From positions 1,352,137 through 1,416,136 of the forward strand of contig OY969913.1 of assembly GCA_963704515.1 (NCBI GenBank): a stretch of 64,000 nucleotides of DNA, in the 5' to 3' direction. The stretch's first letter is position 1. Every line of letters starts with the position of its first letter. The notes below the pieces were generated by a model. The model ran no database searches, was not told where the DNA came from, and saw only the letters and a program-made list of their open reading frames with translations. Below, one piece after another: positions 26,505-36,500 of this stretch. A program made the translations under genes and the position numbers. The stretch is from an uncultured Solirubrobacterales bacterium. Its GTDB lineage: Bacteria > Actinomycetota > Thermoleophilia > Solirubrobacterales > 70-9.

Positions 26505-28465
26505 CGCGCTCCGATCGTGCCGGCTTCGTCGACCTCGGCGCGCCAGCCGGGTGGGAGGACGAAGGTGGACTCGGGGAGCTCGAAGACCGCCGGCCCGTCG
26601 AGCGCGAGGCCGGTGGGCGGCTCGCCGCGCAGGACTGGGGTCTCGACCCAGGCGCCGTCGAAGCGAACCGGCCTGGCGCCCTCGGTGACGTTGCCCGTGG
26701 CTGCGGCGAGCCGTGGCCGGGTGCCGGTCTCGACGATCGCCAGGCGGATGTGGACGAGGACGACCTCGCCGTCGGGGTCGCGGTGGCCGTAGCGCTCCTC
26801 GTGGGCAGCGGCGAAGCGGTCGGCCAGGTCGCGGCGGTCGGGGCGGGTTGAGCCGGGGACGGGTAGCTCGAAGGCCTGTCCGGCGTAACGCATCTCGTAG
26901 ACGACCTCGGGCTCGCCCTCGATCCCGTCCTCGAGGTTCGCGATCAGGTCGTCGACCTCGCGGGCGATCCGCTCGGCGCTGAGCTCGGCGCCGCTCAGCA
27001 TCACCGTGCGCGTCGTGTCGCGGCGGCGGTCCGAGGCGCAGAGACCGAGGGCGGAGAGCACGCCCCCGGCCCGCGGGCAGAGGATGCGGCCGATGCCGAG
27101 CTCGGCGGCGATCGCTGCGGCGTGCATCGGGCCGGCGCCGCCGAAGGGCATCAGGGCGAAGCGGCGCGGGTCGACGCCGCGCTCGACCGTCACCGTGCGC
27201 AGGGCCCGCACCATCTCCTGGTTGGCGACGCGGACGATGCCCTCGGCGGTCCCGGTCTCGCCGAGGCCGAGCGAGTCGCCAAGGTGGCGAACGGCGCTTC
27301 GCGCAGCCTCGACGTCGAGCGCGACGCCGCCGGCCAGCTCCGAGTCGGCGGCGAGGCGGCCGAGCAGCAGGTTGGCGTCGGTCACCGTGGGCTCGGTGCC
27401 GCCGCGTCCGTAACAGGCCGGGCCCGGATCGGCGCCGGCCGAGCGCGGTCCGACGCGCAGCGCGCCGCCCGGGTCGGGCCAGCCGATCGAGCCGCCGCCG
27501 GCGCCGACCGTGTGCACGTCGACCATCGGCAGCTGGACTACTCGGCCGTCGATCGTGCGCGACTCGGTGCGCCGCACCTCGCCGTCCTCGACCACGCAGA
27601 CGTCGCAGGAGGTGCCGCCCATGTCGAGCCCGAGCGCATTGCCGTCGCCCGAGGCGCGGGCGAGCAGGCCGGCGCCGACGGCGCCGCCCGCCGGGCCGGA
27701 GAGCACGCTCCAGGCGCCGGCCCTGGCTGCCTCTCCGGCCGTGGCGACGCCGCCTGAGGAGCGCATGACCAGCGGCTGCGGCAGCCCGGCGCCGGCAGCG
27801 GCCTCGGTGAGCCGGGCGAGGTAGCGGCCGAGCAGAGGGGAGAGGTAGGCGTCGATCGCGGTGGTCGAGGTGCGCTCGTACTCGCGGAAGCGGGGCAGGA
27901 CCTCATGCGAGGCCGAGACGTGCACGCCGGGCAGCTCGCGCCGCAGGTGCTCGGCGATGCACCGCTCGTGGCTTGGGTCGACGTATGAGAAGAGCAGGCA
28001 GATCGCGACGGCCTCGGCGCCGGACTCGCGCAGCAGGGCGGCGAGGCGCTCGGGCTCGCCCTCGGCGAGCGGCTCGAGCACGCCGTCCGGCCCGACCCGC
28101 TCCTCCGCCTCGAAGCGTAGCTCCGGCCCGACCAACGGCGCCGGCTTCGGCGCGCAGAGCCGGTAGAGCTCGGGCCGGTCCTGGCGGCCGATCTCGAGCA
28201 GGTCGGCGAAGCCGCGGGTGGAGATCAGGGCGGTGCGGGCGCCGCGTTCCTCGAGCAGCGCGTTGGTGCCGACCGTCATCCCGTGGGCGAAGGAGTCGAC
28301 CTCGGTGGCATCGGCCCCCGCGCGCTCCAGCACCTCGGCCACGGCGTCGAGCACCGCGCGCGACTGGTCCTCGGGCGTCGTCGGCAGCTTCGCCGCGTGC
28401 AGCCGCTCGCCGTCGAAGAGGACGGCGTCGGTGAAGGTCCCGCCTACGTCGACCCCGAGCAGCAC
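26492..28465 (-). CDS. hyuA: hydantoinase A / oxoprolinase family protein
   Basis: LLGVDVGGTFTDAVLF N-terminus and a second GLDMGGTSCDV ATPase motif. Overlaps hyuB by 13 nt. Confidence 0.85.
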   Translation of the reverse strand: MLLGVDVGGTFTDAVLFDGERLHAAKLPTTPEDQSRAVLDAVAEVLERAGADATEVDSFAHGMTVGTNALLEERGARTALISTRGFADLLEIGRQDRPELYRLCAPKPAPLVGPELRFEAEERVGPDGVLEPLAEGEPERLAALLRESGAEAVAICLLFSYVDPSHERCIAEHLRRELPGVHVSASHEVLPRFREYERTSTTAIDAYLSPLLGRYLARLTEAAAGAGLPQPLVMRSSGGVATAGEAARAGAWSVLSGPAGGAVGAGLLARASGDGNALGLDMGGTSCDVCVVEDGEVRRTESRTIDGRVVQLPMVDVHTVGAGGGSIGWPDPGGALRVGPRSAGADPGPACYGRGGTEPTVTDANLLLGRLAADSELAGGVALDVEAARSAVRHLGDSLGLGETGTAEGIVRVANQEMVRALRTVTVERGVDPRRFALMPFGGAGPMHAAAIAAELGIGRILCPRAGGVLSALGLCASDRRRDTTRTVMLSGAELSAERIAREVDDLIANLEDGIEGEPEVVYEMRYAGQAFELPVPGSTRPDRRDLADRFAAAHEERYGHRDPDGEVVLVHIRLAIVETGTRPRLAAATGNVTEGARPVRFDGAWVETPVLRGEPPTGLALDGPAVFELPESTFVLPPGWRAEVDEAGTIGARWTR

Positions 28466-28474
28466 GCCCTGACG

Positions 28475-29920
28475 CTACCGCCACTGCTCGCGACTGACAT
28501 CGCCGCCGGCGCTGAGCACCAGGTGGACGCCGTCGAGGGCCGGGTCGGCGTGGGGGAAGTCGGCGCGCAGGTGTCCGCCGCGCGACTCCTCGCGGGCAAG
28601 GGCGGCGGTTGCGGTCGCCGCGGCGAGCGGGTAAGGGTCGCTGCGCAGCTGCTCGAGCTTCCGCGGCTCGCGCATCGGCCCGGCCAGCGCCCAGACCGCG
28701 TCGCGGGTCTCTTCGTTCGGCGGCTGGAAGCGCCAATCGCCCGGCTCGGGCGGGTTGGGCGCCGCCGTCTCGGTCAGCGCCGTCGCGGCTGCCCGGCCAC
28801 CGAAGACGAAGCACTCGCTGAGCGAGTTGGAGGCGAGCCGGTTGGCGCCGTGCAGACCAGTGCAGGCGCACTCGCCCACCGCGAACAGCCCAGGAAGGGA
28901 GGAGCGACCGTCGAGGTCGACCGCGATCCCGCCCATCGTGTAGTGGGAGGCCGGGGCGACCGGCACCGGGTCGGCCGCGGGGTCGAGCCCGGCCTCGGCC
29001 AGCGTCTCGAAGACGTTGGGGAAGCGGGCCGGGTCGATCCCGCGCAGGTCGAGCATCACGGCCTCGGTGCGGTCGGCCGCAAGCCGGTCGAGCACGGCCG
29101 CGGTGACCGCGTCGCGCGGGGCGAGCTCGTCGGTGAAGCGGCGGCCGGCCGAGTCGAGCAGGGTCGCTCCCTCGCCACGCACCGCCTCGGTGATCAGCAT
29201 CCCGTCGAAGCGGCTGCCGGGCAAGGCCAGGGTGGTCGGGTGGAACTGGCAGAACTCGAGGTCGGCGAGCTCGGCTCCGGCGGCGGCCGCCATCGTCGGC
29301 CCGGCGCCGATCGCGCCGCGCGGATTGCTGGTCCGCCGCCAGAGCGCCGCGGCGCCGCCGGTGGCCAGGACGGTCGCCGCGGCGGCGACCCGGCTGCCGT
29401 TGAGGACCGCGCCGTGGCAACGCTCGCCGTCGCTCCACAGCGCTCGCATCGAGGCGCGCTCGCGGACCTCGATCCGCGGCTCGGCGGCGACCATCGCAGC
29501 GAGCTTGGAGGTGATCTCGTGCCCGGTGGCGCTGCCGCCGGAGTGGACGATGCGCCGCCGGGTGTGGCCGCCCTCGAGGCCAAGCGCCAACGCGCCGTCC
29601 GCGTCTAAGTCGAAGGAGACGCCGCGCTCGCGCAGCTGGCGGACCGCCTCGGGCGCCTCCTCGACCAGCACCTGCACGGCCGAGGGCCGGCAGAGGCCGC
29701 GGCCGGCGGCGATCGTGTCGGCGGCGTGCTGGGCGGGCGAGTCGCCGGGCTCGAGCGCCGCGGCGAGCCCGCCCTGGGCCCAGAAGCTGGCGCTCTGCGA
29801 GAGCGGCGTGCGCGAGACGAGGCAGACCGAGCCGCCCGCCTCGGCCGCGCGCAGCGCGGTCCAGAGGCCGGCCGCGCCGCCGCCGATGACGACGACGTCG
29901 AACTCGTCCGTTGGCGCTAT
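28475..29920 (-). CDS. nadB: L-aspartate oxidase (start codon non-canonical or lost; see findings)
   Basis: The same frame as track ORF 28475..29677 stays open upstream and encodes DEFDVVVIGGGAAGLWTALRAAEAGG...FWAQGGLAAAL, the FAD-binding N-terminus. Downstream: HYTMGGI, GECACTGLHGANRLASNSL, ESRGGH. Confidence 0.8.
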   Translation of the reverse strand: MAPTDEFDVVVIGGGAAGLWTALRAAEAGGSVCLVSRTPLSQSASFWAQGGLAAALEPGDSPAQHAADTIAAGRGLCRPSAVQVLVEEAPEAVRQLRERGVSFDLDADGALALGLEGGHTRRRIVHSGGSATGHEITSKLAAMVAAEPRIEVRERASMRALWSDGERCHGAVLNGSRVAAAATVLATGGAAALWRRTSNPRGAIGAGPTMAAAAGAELADLEFCQFHPTTLALPGSRFDGMLITEAVRGEGATLLDSAGRRFTDELAPRDAVTAAVLDRLAADRTEAVMLDLRGIDPARFPNVFETLAEAGLDPAADPVPVAPASHYTMGGIAVDLDGRSSLPGLFAVGECACTGLHGANRLASNSLSECFVFGGRAAATALTETAAPNPPEPGDWRFQPPNEETRDAVWALAGPMREPRKLEQLRSDPYPLAAATATAALAREESRGGHLRADFPHADPALDGVHLVLSAGGDVSREQWR

Positions 29921-30234
29921 TGCCGCGCCTCTCGGCGGATCGCCTCGACCTGACCGCGGAGCCAGGCGGCCGCCGCCTCGCGGGCGCGCGCCCGCTCCTC
30001 CTCGACCGCGCCCTCGGCCGCGGCGGCGCGCTTCTCCGCCTCCTCGATCCGCTGCTCGGCCGCGGCGGTCTGGGTCTCGATCTCGGCGAGGCGGCCCTCG
30101 GCCTCGGCGACGACCCGGTCCTTGGCCTCGCGCTCCTTCTCGAGGTCGCTCTCCAGCGCCTCGATCTCGGCGGCGACGCGCTTCTCGGCAACGCTCGCCG
30201 CCGCCGCGGCCTCCTCCAGCCGCTTCTTCGCCAT
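29917..30234 (-). CDS. Glu/Ala-rich coiled-coil protein (105 aa)
   Basis: The ATG at 30234 gives MAKKRLEEAAAAASVAEKRVAAEIEALESDLEKEREAKD... Its TAG stop overlaps the ATA codon in front of the nadB FAD motif. Confidence 0.5.
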   Translation of the reverse strand: MAKKRLEEAAAAASVAEKRVAAEIEALESDLEKEREAKDRVVAEAEGRLAEIETQTAAAEQRIEEAEKRAAAAEGAVEEERARAREAAAAWLRGQVEAIRREARQ

Positions 30235-30337
30235 CTCAACCTGGGCGCTGAGGTCGCCGCTGCTGGGTTGGGTGTGCCCGTCGCTCACTGCAATCAATCT
30301 ATTACGGAGCGGCCCGGCGGGGCGTACAATTCGCTAC

Positions 30338-30559
30338 GTGGCCACAAAAGCCCGAAGCCGCCCACTCCTAGCCCCCGGCAACGAGGAGGAGTGGGCGCGG
30401 CTGAACGCAGAGAAGCGCGAATACCACCAGCGGACCGCACGGGCGCTGACGCCGTCGGAGCGCATCGTCAGCGGTCAGAAGCTCTCTCAACAGGCGGTTT
30501 CGCTGCTGGCTGCGGTTATACGAGGTGGCCATGTGCCAGGACGAGCCTTCTGGTCCTGA
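30338..30559 (+). CDS. small protein (73 aa), possible partner of the downstream NTase-fold protein
   Basis: The GTG at 30338 lies 7 nt after a TACAAT -10 hexamer (30325-30330), which looks leaderless. Overlaps the next ORF by 35 nt. Confidence 0.4.
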   Translation: MATKARSRPLLAPGNEEEWARLNAEKREYHQRTARALTPSERIVSGQKLSQQAVSLLAAVIRGGHVPGRAFWS

Positions 30560-31043
30560 CCTCGACGGAGTCGTGGCCGATGCCAACGCCGTTGGCCTGC
30601 GTTATGTCGTGATCGGCGGCTTCAGCGTCATAGCCAACGGCTTTCTGCGGGCGACCAAGGACTCCGATCTGCTCGTGCCTGACGGCCGCGAGACCGACGA
30701 AGCGATCATCCGCTTTCTCGAGCGCGTGCAGGCGACCCGCCTTCATGACGGTAAGTCCCTGAATCTCGACGACGTCCTCGACGCTCACCACATCCGCATC
30801 CGCAGCAAGCATGGCATCGTCGACATCATGAGGGGCGGCCTGCCGCCCCTCGACTACGAGACTGTCGACAAGCGGGCGATCGATGCCGAAGTCGGTGGGC
30901 AGCCGGCCCGTTTCGCCGGCCTTCGCAGCATCGTCGGCTTCAAGCGGCTCGCCGGCCGACCTCAGGACAGGCGCGACCTGGAAGAGCTCGAGTCCTTCTA
31001 CGGCGAGCTGCCGATCGAGCCGATCCCGGGGCTCGATTCCTGA
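30525..31043 (+). CDS. minimal nucleotidyltransferase-fold protein
   Basis: YVVIGGFSVIANGFLRATKDSDLLV (G[GS]...D-x-D NTase signature) and C-terminal LRSIVGFKRLAGRPQDRRDLEEL. Confidence 0.6.
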   Translation: MAMCQDEPSGPDLDGVVADANAVGLRYVVIGGFSVIANGFLRATKDSDLLVPDGRETDEAIIRFLERVQATRLHDGKSLNLDDVLDAHHIRIRSKHGIVDIMRGGLPPLDYETVDKRAIDAEVGGQPARFAGLRSIVGFKRLAGRPQDRRDLEELESFYGELPIEPIPGLDS

Positions 31044-31049
31044 CGGCGC

Positions 31050-31991
31050 CTACGCGGGCCTGAGCAGGTCGCGGTAGGCCTCGATCGTGCGCTCGGCCAT
31101 GCGGGTGGCGGAGAGGGTGGACGCGCGGGCAGCGCCCTCGACTCGGGGGTCGGCGGCGTCGAGGTGGGGGAGGGCGGCGGCGGTCCAGGCCGCCAGGTCG
31201 AAGGGCGCGCAGAGCGTGCCGGCGATGCCGGCGAGCGCGTAGGGGGCGATGCCGACCGGGGTCGAGAGCACCGGCACGTCGCAGGCCAGCGCCTCGACCG
31301 CGACCATCCCGAAGCCCTCGTACTCGGAGGTGACGAGCACGGCGTTGGCGGCGTTGACCCAGAGCGGCATCGCCTCGGGCTCGATCGCGCCGCCGGTAAG
31401 CAGCTCCGCGTCGCAGGCGGCGGCGAGCTCCGCCGCCCGGTCGTGGCGCTTCCCGGGTCGCGAGGGGTTGGCTGGGAAGAGCAGGTAACGGCCGTCGGGC
31501 ACGAGCCCGAGCGAGGCCCGCGCCTCGGCGCGCGGCATCGGCCGGAAGCGGGTCAGGTCCGGGCCGCAGGGCAGCACGGCAGAGCCGGGCACCCGCGGCA
31601 GTCCGGGACGCCCCGCCTCGGGCGCGAAGAGCGCCCTTGAGACAGCGGCGACCATGTCCGCCCGCTGGACGAGGCGCCGCGAGAGCGGTCCGACCACGCG
31701 GTGGCGCACGTCGGTGCCGTGGAAGCTGACCAGCAGCGGCCGCGCTCCGGCCAGCAGCGCGCACCACCCCGGCAGCCCGTAATGCGCATGCACCAGGTCG
31801 AAGCGCTCGTCGCGCAGGAGTCGCCGCAGCCTCCGGGCGGCCGGGATGTACTGACGCGATCCCGGCGGGAACGCGAACACCTCCACCTCGACCCCCGCGC
31901 GCCGCATCTCCTCGACCTGGTCCCGAACCCAGCGCCCCCGCTGCGGCGCCCCCTCATCGGGCAGGAAGTTGGTGACGACCAGCACTCGCAT
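31050..31991 (-). CDS. GT4-family glycosyltransferase
   Basis: The ATG at 31991 gives MRVLVVTNFLPDEG... C-terminal VLVTSEYEGFGMVAVEALACDVPVLSTPVG (E-x7-E region). Confidence 0.8.
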   Translation of the reverse strand: MRVLVVTNFLPDEGAPQRGRWVRDQVEEMRRAGVEVEVFAFPPGSRQYIPAARRLRRLLRDERFDLVHAHYGLPGWCALLAGARPLLVSFHGTDVRHRVVGPLSRRLVQRADMVAAVSRALFAPEAGRPGLPRVPGSAVLPCGPDLTRFRPMPRAEARASLGLVPDGRYLLFPANPSRPGKRHDRAAELAAACDAELLTGGAIEPEAMPLWVNAANAVLVTSEYEGFGMVAVEALACDVPVLSTPVGIAPYALAGIAGTLCAPFDLAAWTAAALPHLDAADPRVEGAARASTLSATRMAERTIEAYRDLLRPA

Positions 31992-32077
31992 GCAGGGCCG
32001 GGAGGCTATTCCCCGCTCCCCCCGTTGCCTGCAAACTGCCCTACGGAGCCGCATTCCTTCTTAACAAAAACATTGAC

Positions 32078-32106
32078 TTGCATTCGTAAACCAAATCTTT
32101 TATGCT
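32078..32106 (+). promoter_or_regulatory. sigma-70-like promoter TTGCAT-17 nt-TATGCT upstream of the secreted-protein operon
   Basis: Read directly in an AT-rich stretch. An overlapping TTGACT sits at 32073-32078. About 110 nt of leader, then the AAGGAGAGAG ribosome-binding site. Confidence 0.45.
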
Positions 32107-32220
32107 GCCGCCAGCCCGTTTGCGAAATCGGGTGACTACAGGGACATAACCGAGCCTCGAGGAAGCCGCCATAGGGAGGCGGTGGGCAGAGGGGCTCACG
32201 GGACAAGGAGAGAGATCTAG

Positions 32221-33555
32221 ATGTTCTCGACGCTACGCAGTCGCTTTGCAATCCTGCTCGCCGTCGCGGCGGCGTTCGCGCTTGTTCCGGCGGCTCAGGC
32301 GCTTGCCGCCCAGACCGCGAAGGTCAATATCGAAGGCAACGGCAGCGGTGAAGTCGTCAGCGAAGGCACGATTGTCGAAAGCGGAGCCGGCACCCCGCCG
32401 ATCGCGTGTACCTACGTGTCACCGGGCCCGAAGGCCGGGACATGCGAAACCGTGCCGGGCGCGTTGGAAGAAGGAGAAGGCTTCTACGGCGTTCCCCTGG
32501 TGGCCAAGCCGGCCACCGGCTCCGAATTGGTCGAATGGACCCTCCAGAAGGGAAGCAAGTTCTTTTTTGGTTGCGAAACCAACCTGGAATGTCCGTTGGT
32601 CAGTCAAGAAGAAGAAGAAGAAGAACTCGAAGCAACCGCGATCTTCGCCCTCGAGCCCACCCTGACGATCAGCGAAAGCGGCGCCGGCTCGGGCACGGTC
32701 GAATGCGAAGTCGACGGCGGCGGGCTGCAAGCCTGCCCGGCCACCGCGCCCAACGGCAGCGAAGTCAAAGTCGTGGCCACCCCGGACCTGGGCTCCGAAC
32801 TGGCCCTCAGCGGCAGCGGCTCCGCCGCGGGCTGCTCTTCCTCCCCGTGTGTATTCACGCTCGAAGAAGACAGCGCCCTGAACGTCAAGTTCATCACCCC
32901 CGGCCTCACCGTCTACCTCGGCGGCAGCGCCGAAGGCAGCGTCGTCTCGACCTCCCCCGACAGCGCGATCGACTGCGGCAGCTCATGCTCGGCGGCCTAT
33001 GAAAGCGGCACGGTTGTCACGCTCGAAGCACAGCCTCAGTCGGGAGCGGTCTTCGCCGGCTGGATCGGTTGCCGCCACACCGGGACCCAGACCTGCGAAG
33101 CGACGATCGATGGCGAAACCGAAGTCACTGCCGTCTTCGTCAAGAACGGCGTCACCGGCCCGACCGGGCCACAGGGACCCAAAGGCTCGACCGGAGCAAG
33201 CGGCGAAGCCGGAGCAACCGGCCCGCAGGGACCCGCCGGGCAGGCAGGCGCCAACGGCGCCCCGGGCCCCGCGGGCGCCCAGGGCCCGGCAGGCCCGCAG
33301 GGCAAGCAGGGACCGGCAGGCAAGGTCAAGGTCACCTGCAAGGTCAAGGGCAAGAAGGTCAAGTGCACGGTGCAGAGCACCAAGAAGAGCGCTCGCAAGC
33401 GCCTGCGCTGGAGCCTGCACCGCGCCGGTCACACCCTGAGCCACGGCTCGAGCAGCTCAGCCGCCCTGCAGCGGGTGCTCAACCGCCTGCGGCCCGGCCA
33501 CTACAGCCTGCATCTGGCCGGCCAGGGCAAGGCCACCCGCCTGGCGATCCACTAG
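32221..33555 (+). CDS. secreted protein A: three B-repeat-like Cys-containing domains, collagen-like G-X-Y region, Lys-rich C-terminal domain
   Basis: Signal peptide ...[11 protein letters not shown]. Domains resemble [12 protein letters not shown]...C and [46 protein letters not shown]...[16 protein letters not shown]. 19 G-X-Y triplets. [17 protein letters not shown] tail. Confidence 0.8.
   Translation: MFSTLRSRFAILLAVAAAFALVPAAQALAAQTAKVNIEGNGSGEVVSEGTIVESGAGTPPIACTYVSPGPKAGTCETVPGALEEGEGFYGVPLVAKPATGSELVEWTLQKGSKFFFGCETNLECPLVSQEEEEEELEATAIFALEPTLTISESGAGSGTVECEVDGGGLQACPATAPNGSEVKVVATPDLGSELALSGSGSAAGCSSSPCVFTLEEDSALNVKFITPGLTVYLGGSAEGSVVSTSPDSAIDCGSSCSAAYESGTVVTLEAQPQSGAVFAGWIGCRHTGTQTCEATIDGETEVTAVFVKNGVTGPTGPQGPKGSTGASGEAGATGPQGPAGQAGANGAPGPAGAQGPAGPQGKQGPAGKVKVTCKVKGKKVKCTVQSTKKSARKRLRWSLHRAGHTLSHGSSSSAALQRVLNRLRPGHYSLHLAGQGKATRLAIH
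33148..33324 (+). repeat. collagen-like G-X-Y triplet repeat coding region (about 19 triplets)
   Basis: [59 protein letters not shown]. Confidence 0.9.
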
Positions 33556-33594
33556 CGAGCCCCAAGCCAAGGCGCCGAGGAGAGAGGAACCCCG

Positions 33595-36500
33595 ATGAGC
33601 AAGCACGTCAAAAGCCCCACCCACGCCGCTCGCCCCGCGGCCCTCCTCGGCGCCATGGCCGCGGCGCTCGCCTGCCTGGCGCTACTCGGCGCCTCATCTG
33701 CCTCCGCGGCCTTCGAAGGGGTGGGGCACTTCGCTGGGAAGGCAGGGGAACTGCACAAGGAATCGTCATCCGAATGGCCCGAAGAAGTGCAGCTCGGCGG
33801 CCTCGGCGGCATGGCGGTCAACTACACCGGAGCCGGGGGGGTGCCGGCTGGGACCGTCTACGTGGCGACCGACCAGTACCCAAGCGCGCACATCGCCCGC
33901 TACAACCCCGACGGCAGCTTCAGTGAGCGCTGGACCTTCAAGGGCCACCCCGAACCCGAAGAACGCTGTGGCCCCGAAGGCGCCGCAGCTCACCCGGTGT
34001 GCAAAAGCCAGCCTGGAGGCAACACCAACAACACGGTCGATGTAGACGTCGACCAGACCACCGGCTACGTCTACGTGTTCGGCGGCGAAAACGCCCAGTC
34101 ATCAGGCGAAAAGATCATCCACGCCTACACCCCCGACGGCTCGGAAGTGATCGCCGAATTCGGCGAAGCCGAACCCTATCAGGGCAAGAGCACCGCGGAA
34201 AGCCCCGAAAAGCTGCACGCGCTGGTCTCCGCCGAACTCGGTGCGCTCGCCGTCAACTCCGCCGGGGACGTCTACGTCTACGACATCAACCGCTCCTCGC
34301 ACTCGATCAACGGCTCGGGGGAAGTGAGCGAATACCACCGCCTGATGGAGTTCGAACCGGAAAGTCCCGGCGACTACGAACACTACGTCTACGCCGGGCA
34401 GAGCCACGATGTGCAGGCGGGATTCGAAGGCGAATCTAAGCTTCCCTCGATGCCCGTAGCCGACGCGGCCGGGAACCTCTACGTCTCCGAATTCGAAGGC
34501 GGCTACGTTCAGAAGCTCGACCCGCACCAGCCGGGCGCGGCACCGCTTTGCGAATTCAAGGTGCCCGGCAGCGGCGTCTATTCGCTGACGGTCAATCCCC
34601 TGACCGGCGAAGCCTTCTTCTTCTCCGAAAAGAATCGCCGGATCCACCAGCTGAGCGCCGGCTGCAACGGCGAAGGCAAGTTCACCGAAACGAGCAGCTT
34701 CGCGATCTCGCCCAACAGGAGCTACATCACCGGTATGGCCCTCGACCCCGCGCGCGTGTTCAGCGCCGGAAGGCCGGCGGGAGTGCTCTACGCGGGTTCC
34801 CCCGACAGCGAAGGCGGACTTACCGAAGGTTCCTATCCCGAAACCCTGGTCGAATCCGCCCTGGGCTACATCTTCGCCCAGCCCCCCGAAATACCGCCGA
34901 CGGTGGAAGCCGAGACGGTCGCCCACGTGACGCCGACCACTGCCACGCTCTCGGCCACGGTCAACCCGAAGGGATCGACCACCCGCTACGTCTTCCAGTA
35001 CGAGACCGAGTCCGCCTACGAGGAAAACGAACCGAGCGAACGCTTCGCCGGGGCGATGGAATCGCCGCTGGGCGGCGCCTTCGCCGGCGAAGAAAACAAA
35101 GCGGTCACGGTGAGCGCTTCTCTTGCCGGGCTGAGCCCGGCCACCGCCTATCGCTTCCGCGCCGTCGCGACCAGCCACTGCTCGGAACCCGAACCCGAAA
35201 AGCTCTGCGAAACGGCGGGCGAAGCGGTGGCCTTCCGCAGCTTCTCGCTGCAGGCCCCCGGCCTGCCCGACCAGCGCGCCTACGAGCTCGTCTCGCCGGT
35301 CGAGAAGGGAGGCGGCGAGGTGATCCCGGCCGAACCACTGAACAGCAGCTGTCCCTTTGGAACTCCCTGTAAGCCGGGAAATAAGTACGAAGACTTCCCA
35401 ATGCAGGCCGCTCCCGACGGCAACTCGGTCGTCTACGAGGGCAGCGCCTTCGACTCCGAACACGCGGCCCTGCTGGCCAACCAGTACATCGCCCGCCGCA
35501 CCTCCTCGGGCTGGCAGACGACCAACCTCACGCCCACCCATTTGGGAAGCTCGGGCCGCCAGGGCTACAAGGCCTTTGCCACCGACCTGGGCAAGGGGGT
35601 GCTTCGCCAGGCAAGCCCAGAGCTCAGCCCTGAGGCACCCGCCGGCTACCAAGATATCTACGCCCAGCCGAGCGGCAACCCCCCGGCGCTGACGCCACTG
35701 CTCACCGAAGGCCAGGCCTTCAACCGCCCAGCCTCGGAATTCGAACTCGAATACGCGGGCGCCTCGGCCGACCTCTCGCGGATCTTCTTCCGCGCCAACG
35801 ACGCGCTCAGCGAAGGAACCGCCTTCGCCCCCGCTGCGGTCGACGGCGGCAAGGAAAAGGACAACCTCTATGAATGGCACGAAGGCGGGATCTCCCTGGT
35901 CAACGTGATGCCGGGCAACTCCGAAACCCAGCCCGGCGCCTCCTTCGGAGCGCCCAGCACCCACCCGATCTCTGAAGACGGCGCCAGGGCCTTCTTCTCC
36001 GACGAAGCGGGACAGGTCTATGTGCGCGAAGGCGGCGAAGCCACCAGGGAGATCGAGACCGAAGGGGTGCCCGACCCGGGCGAGTTCCTCGTCGCGGCCA
36101 AGGACGGCTCGGCGGTGCTGCTCGCCAACGGGCACCTGCACTACCTCGACGAAGAAGGAGAACCAACCGAAGACCTGACCCAGGGCAAGGGCGGCTTCCA
36201 GGGGGTCGTGGGCGAAAGCGAAGAGCTAACCCACGTCTACTTCGTCGACACCGAAGTGCTCGACGAAGCGCCCAACGAACGCGGCGAAGGAGCCGAAGAA
36301 GGCAAGAACAACCTCTACGCCTGGGGGCAGGGCGAAGGGACGCGCTTCGTGGCGCGGCTGTCCACCAAAGACAATCCGCAATTTGGCGGCGGTGACTGGA
36401 AACCTCCCTACGAACGCACCGCCGAGGCGAGCCCGAATGGGCGCTATCTCGCCTTCCTCTCGGTGGCGCCGCTGAGCGGCTATGACAGCACCGGGCCCTG

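Noticed and set aside
29861-29910. Suspected frameshift inside the nadB GxGxxG region
   Set aside because: This was a misreading at a line break. On re-reading, gtc atc ggc ggc ggc gcg gcc ggc is in frame with the rest of nadB. The real anomaly is the missing start codon, reported as a finding.
27903-30239. 778-aa minus-strand ORF spanning hyuA, nadB and the coiled-coil gene
   Set aside because: It is extremely Arg/Pro/Gly/Ala-rich and low in complexity. It lies out of frame over genes with clear family motifs, so it is a typical high-G+C shadow ORF.
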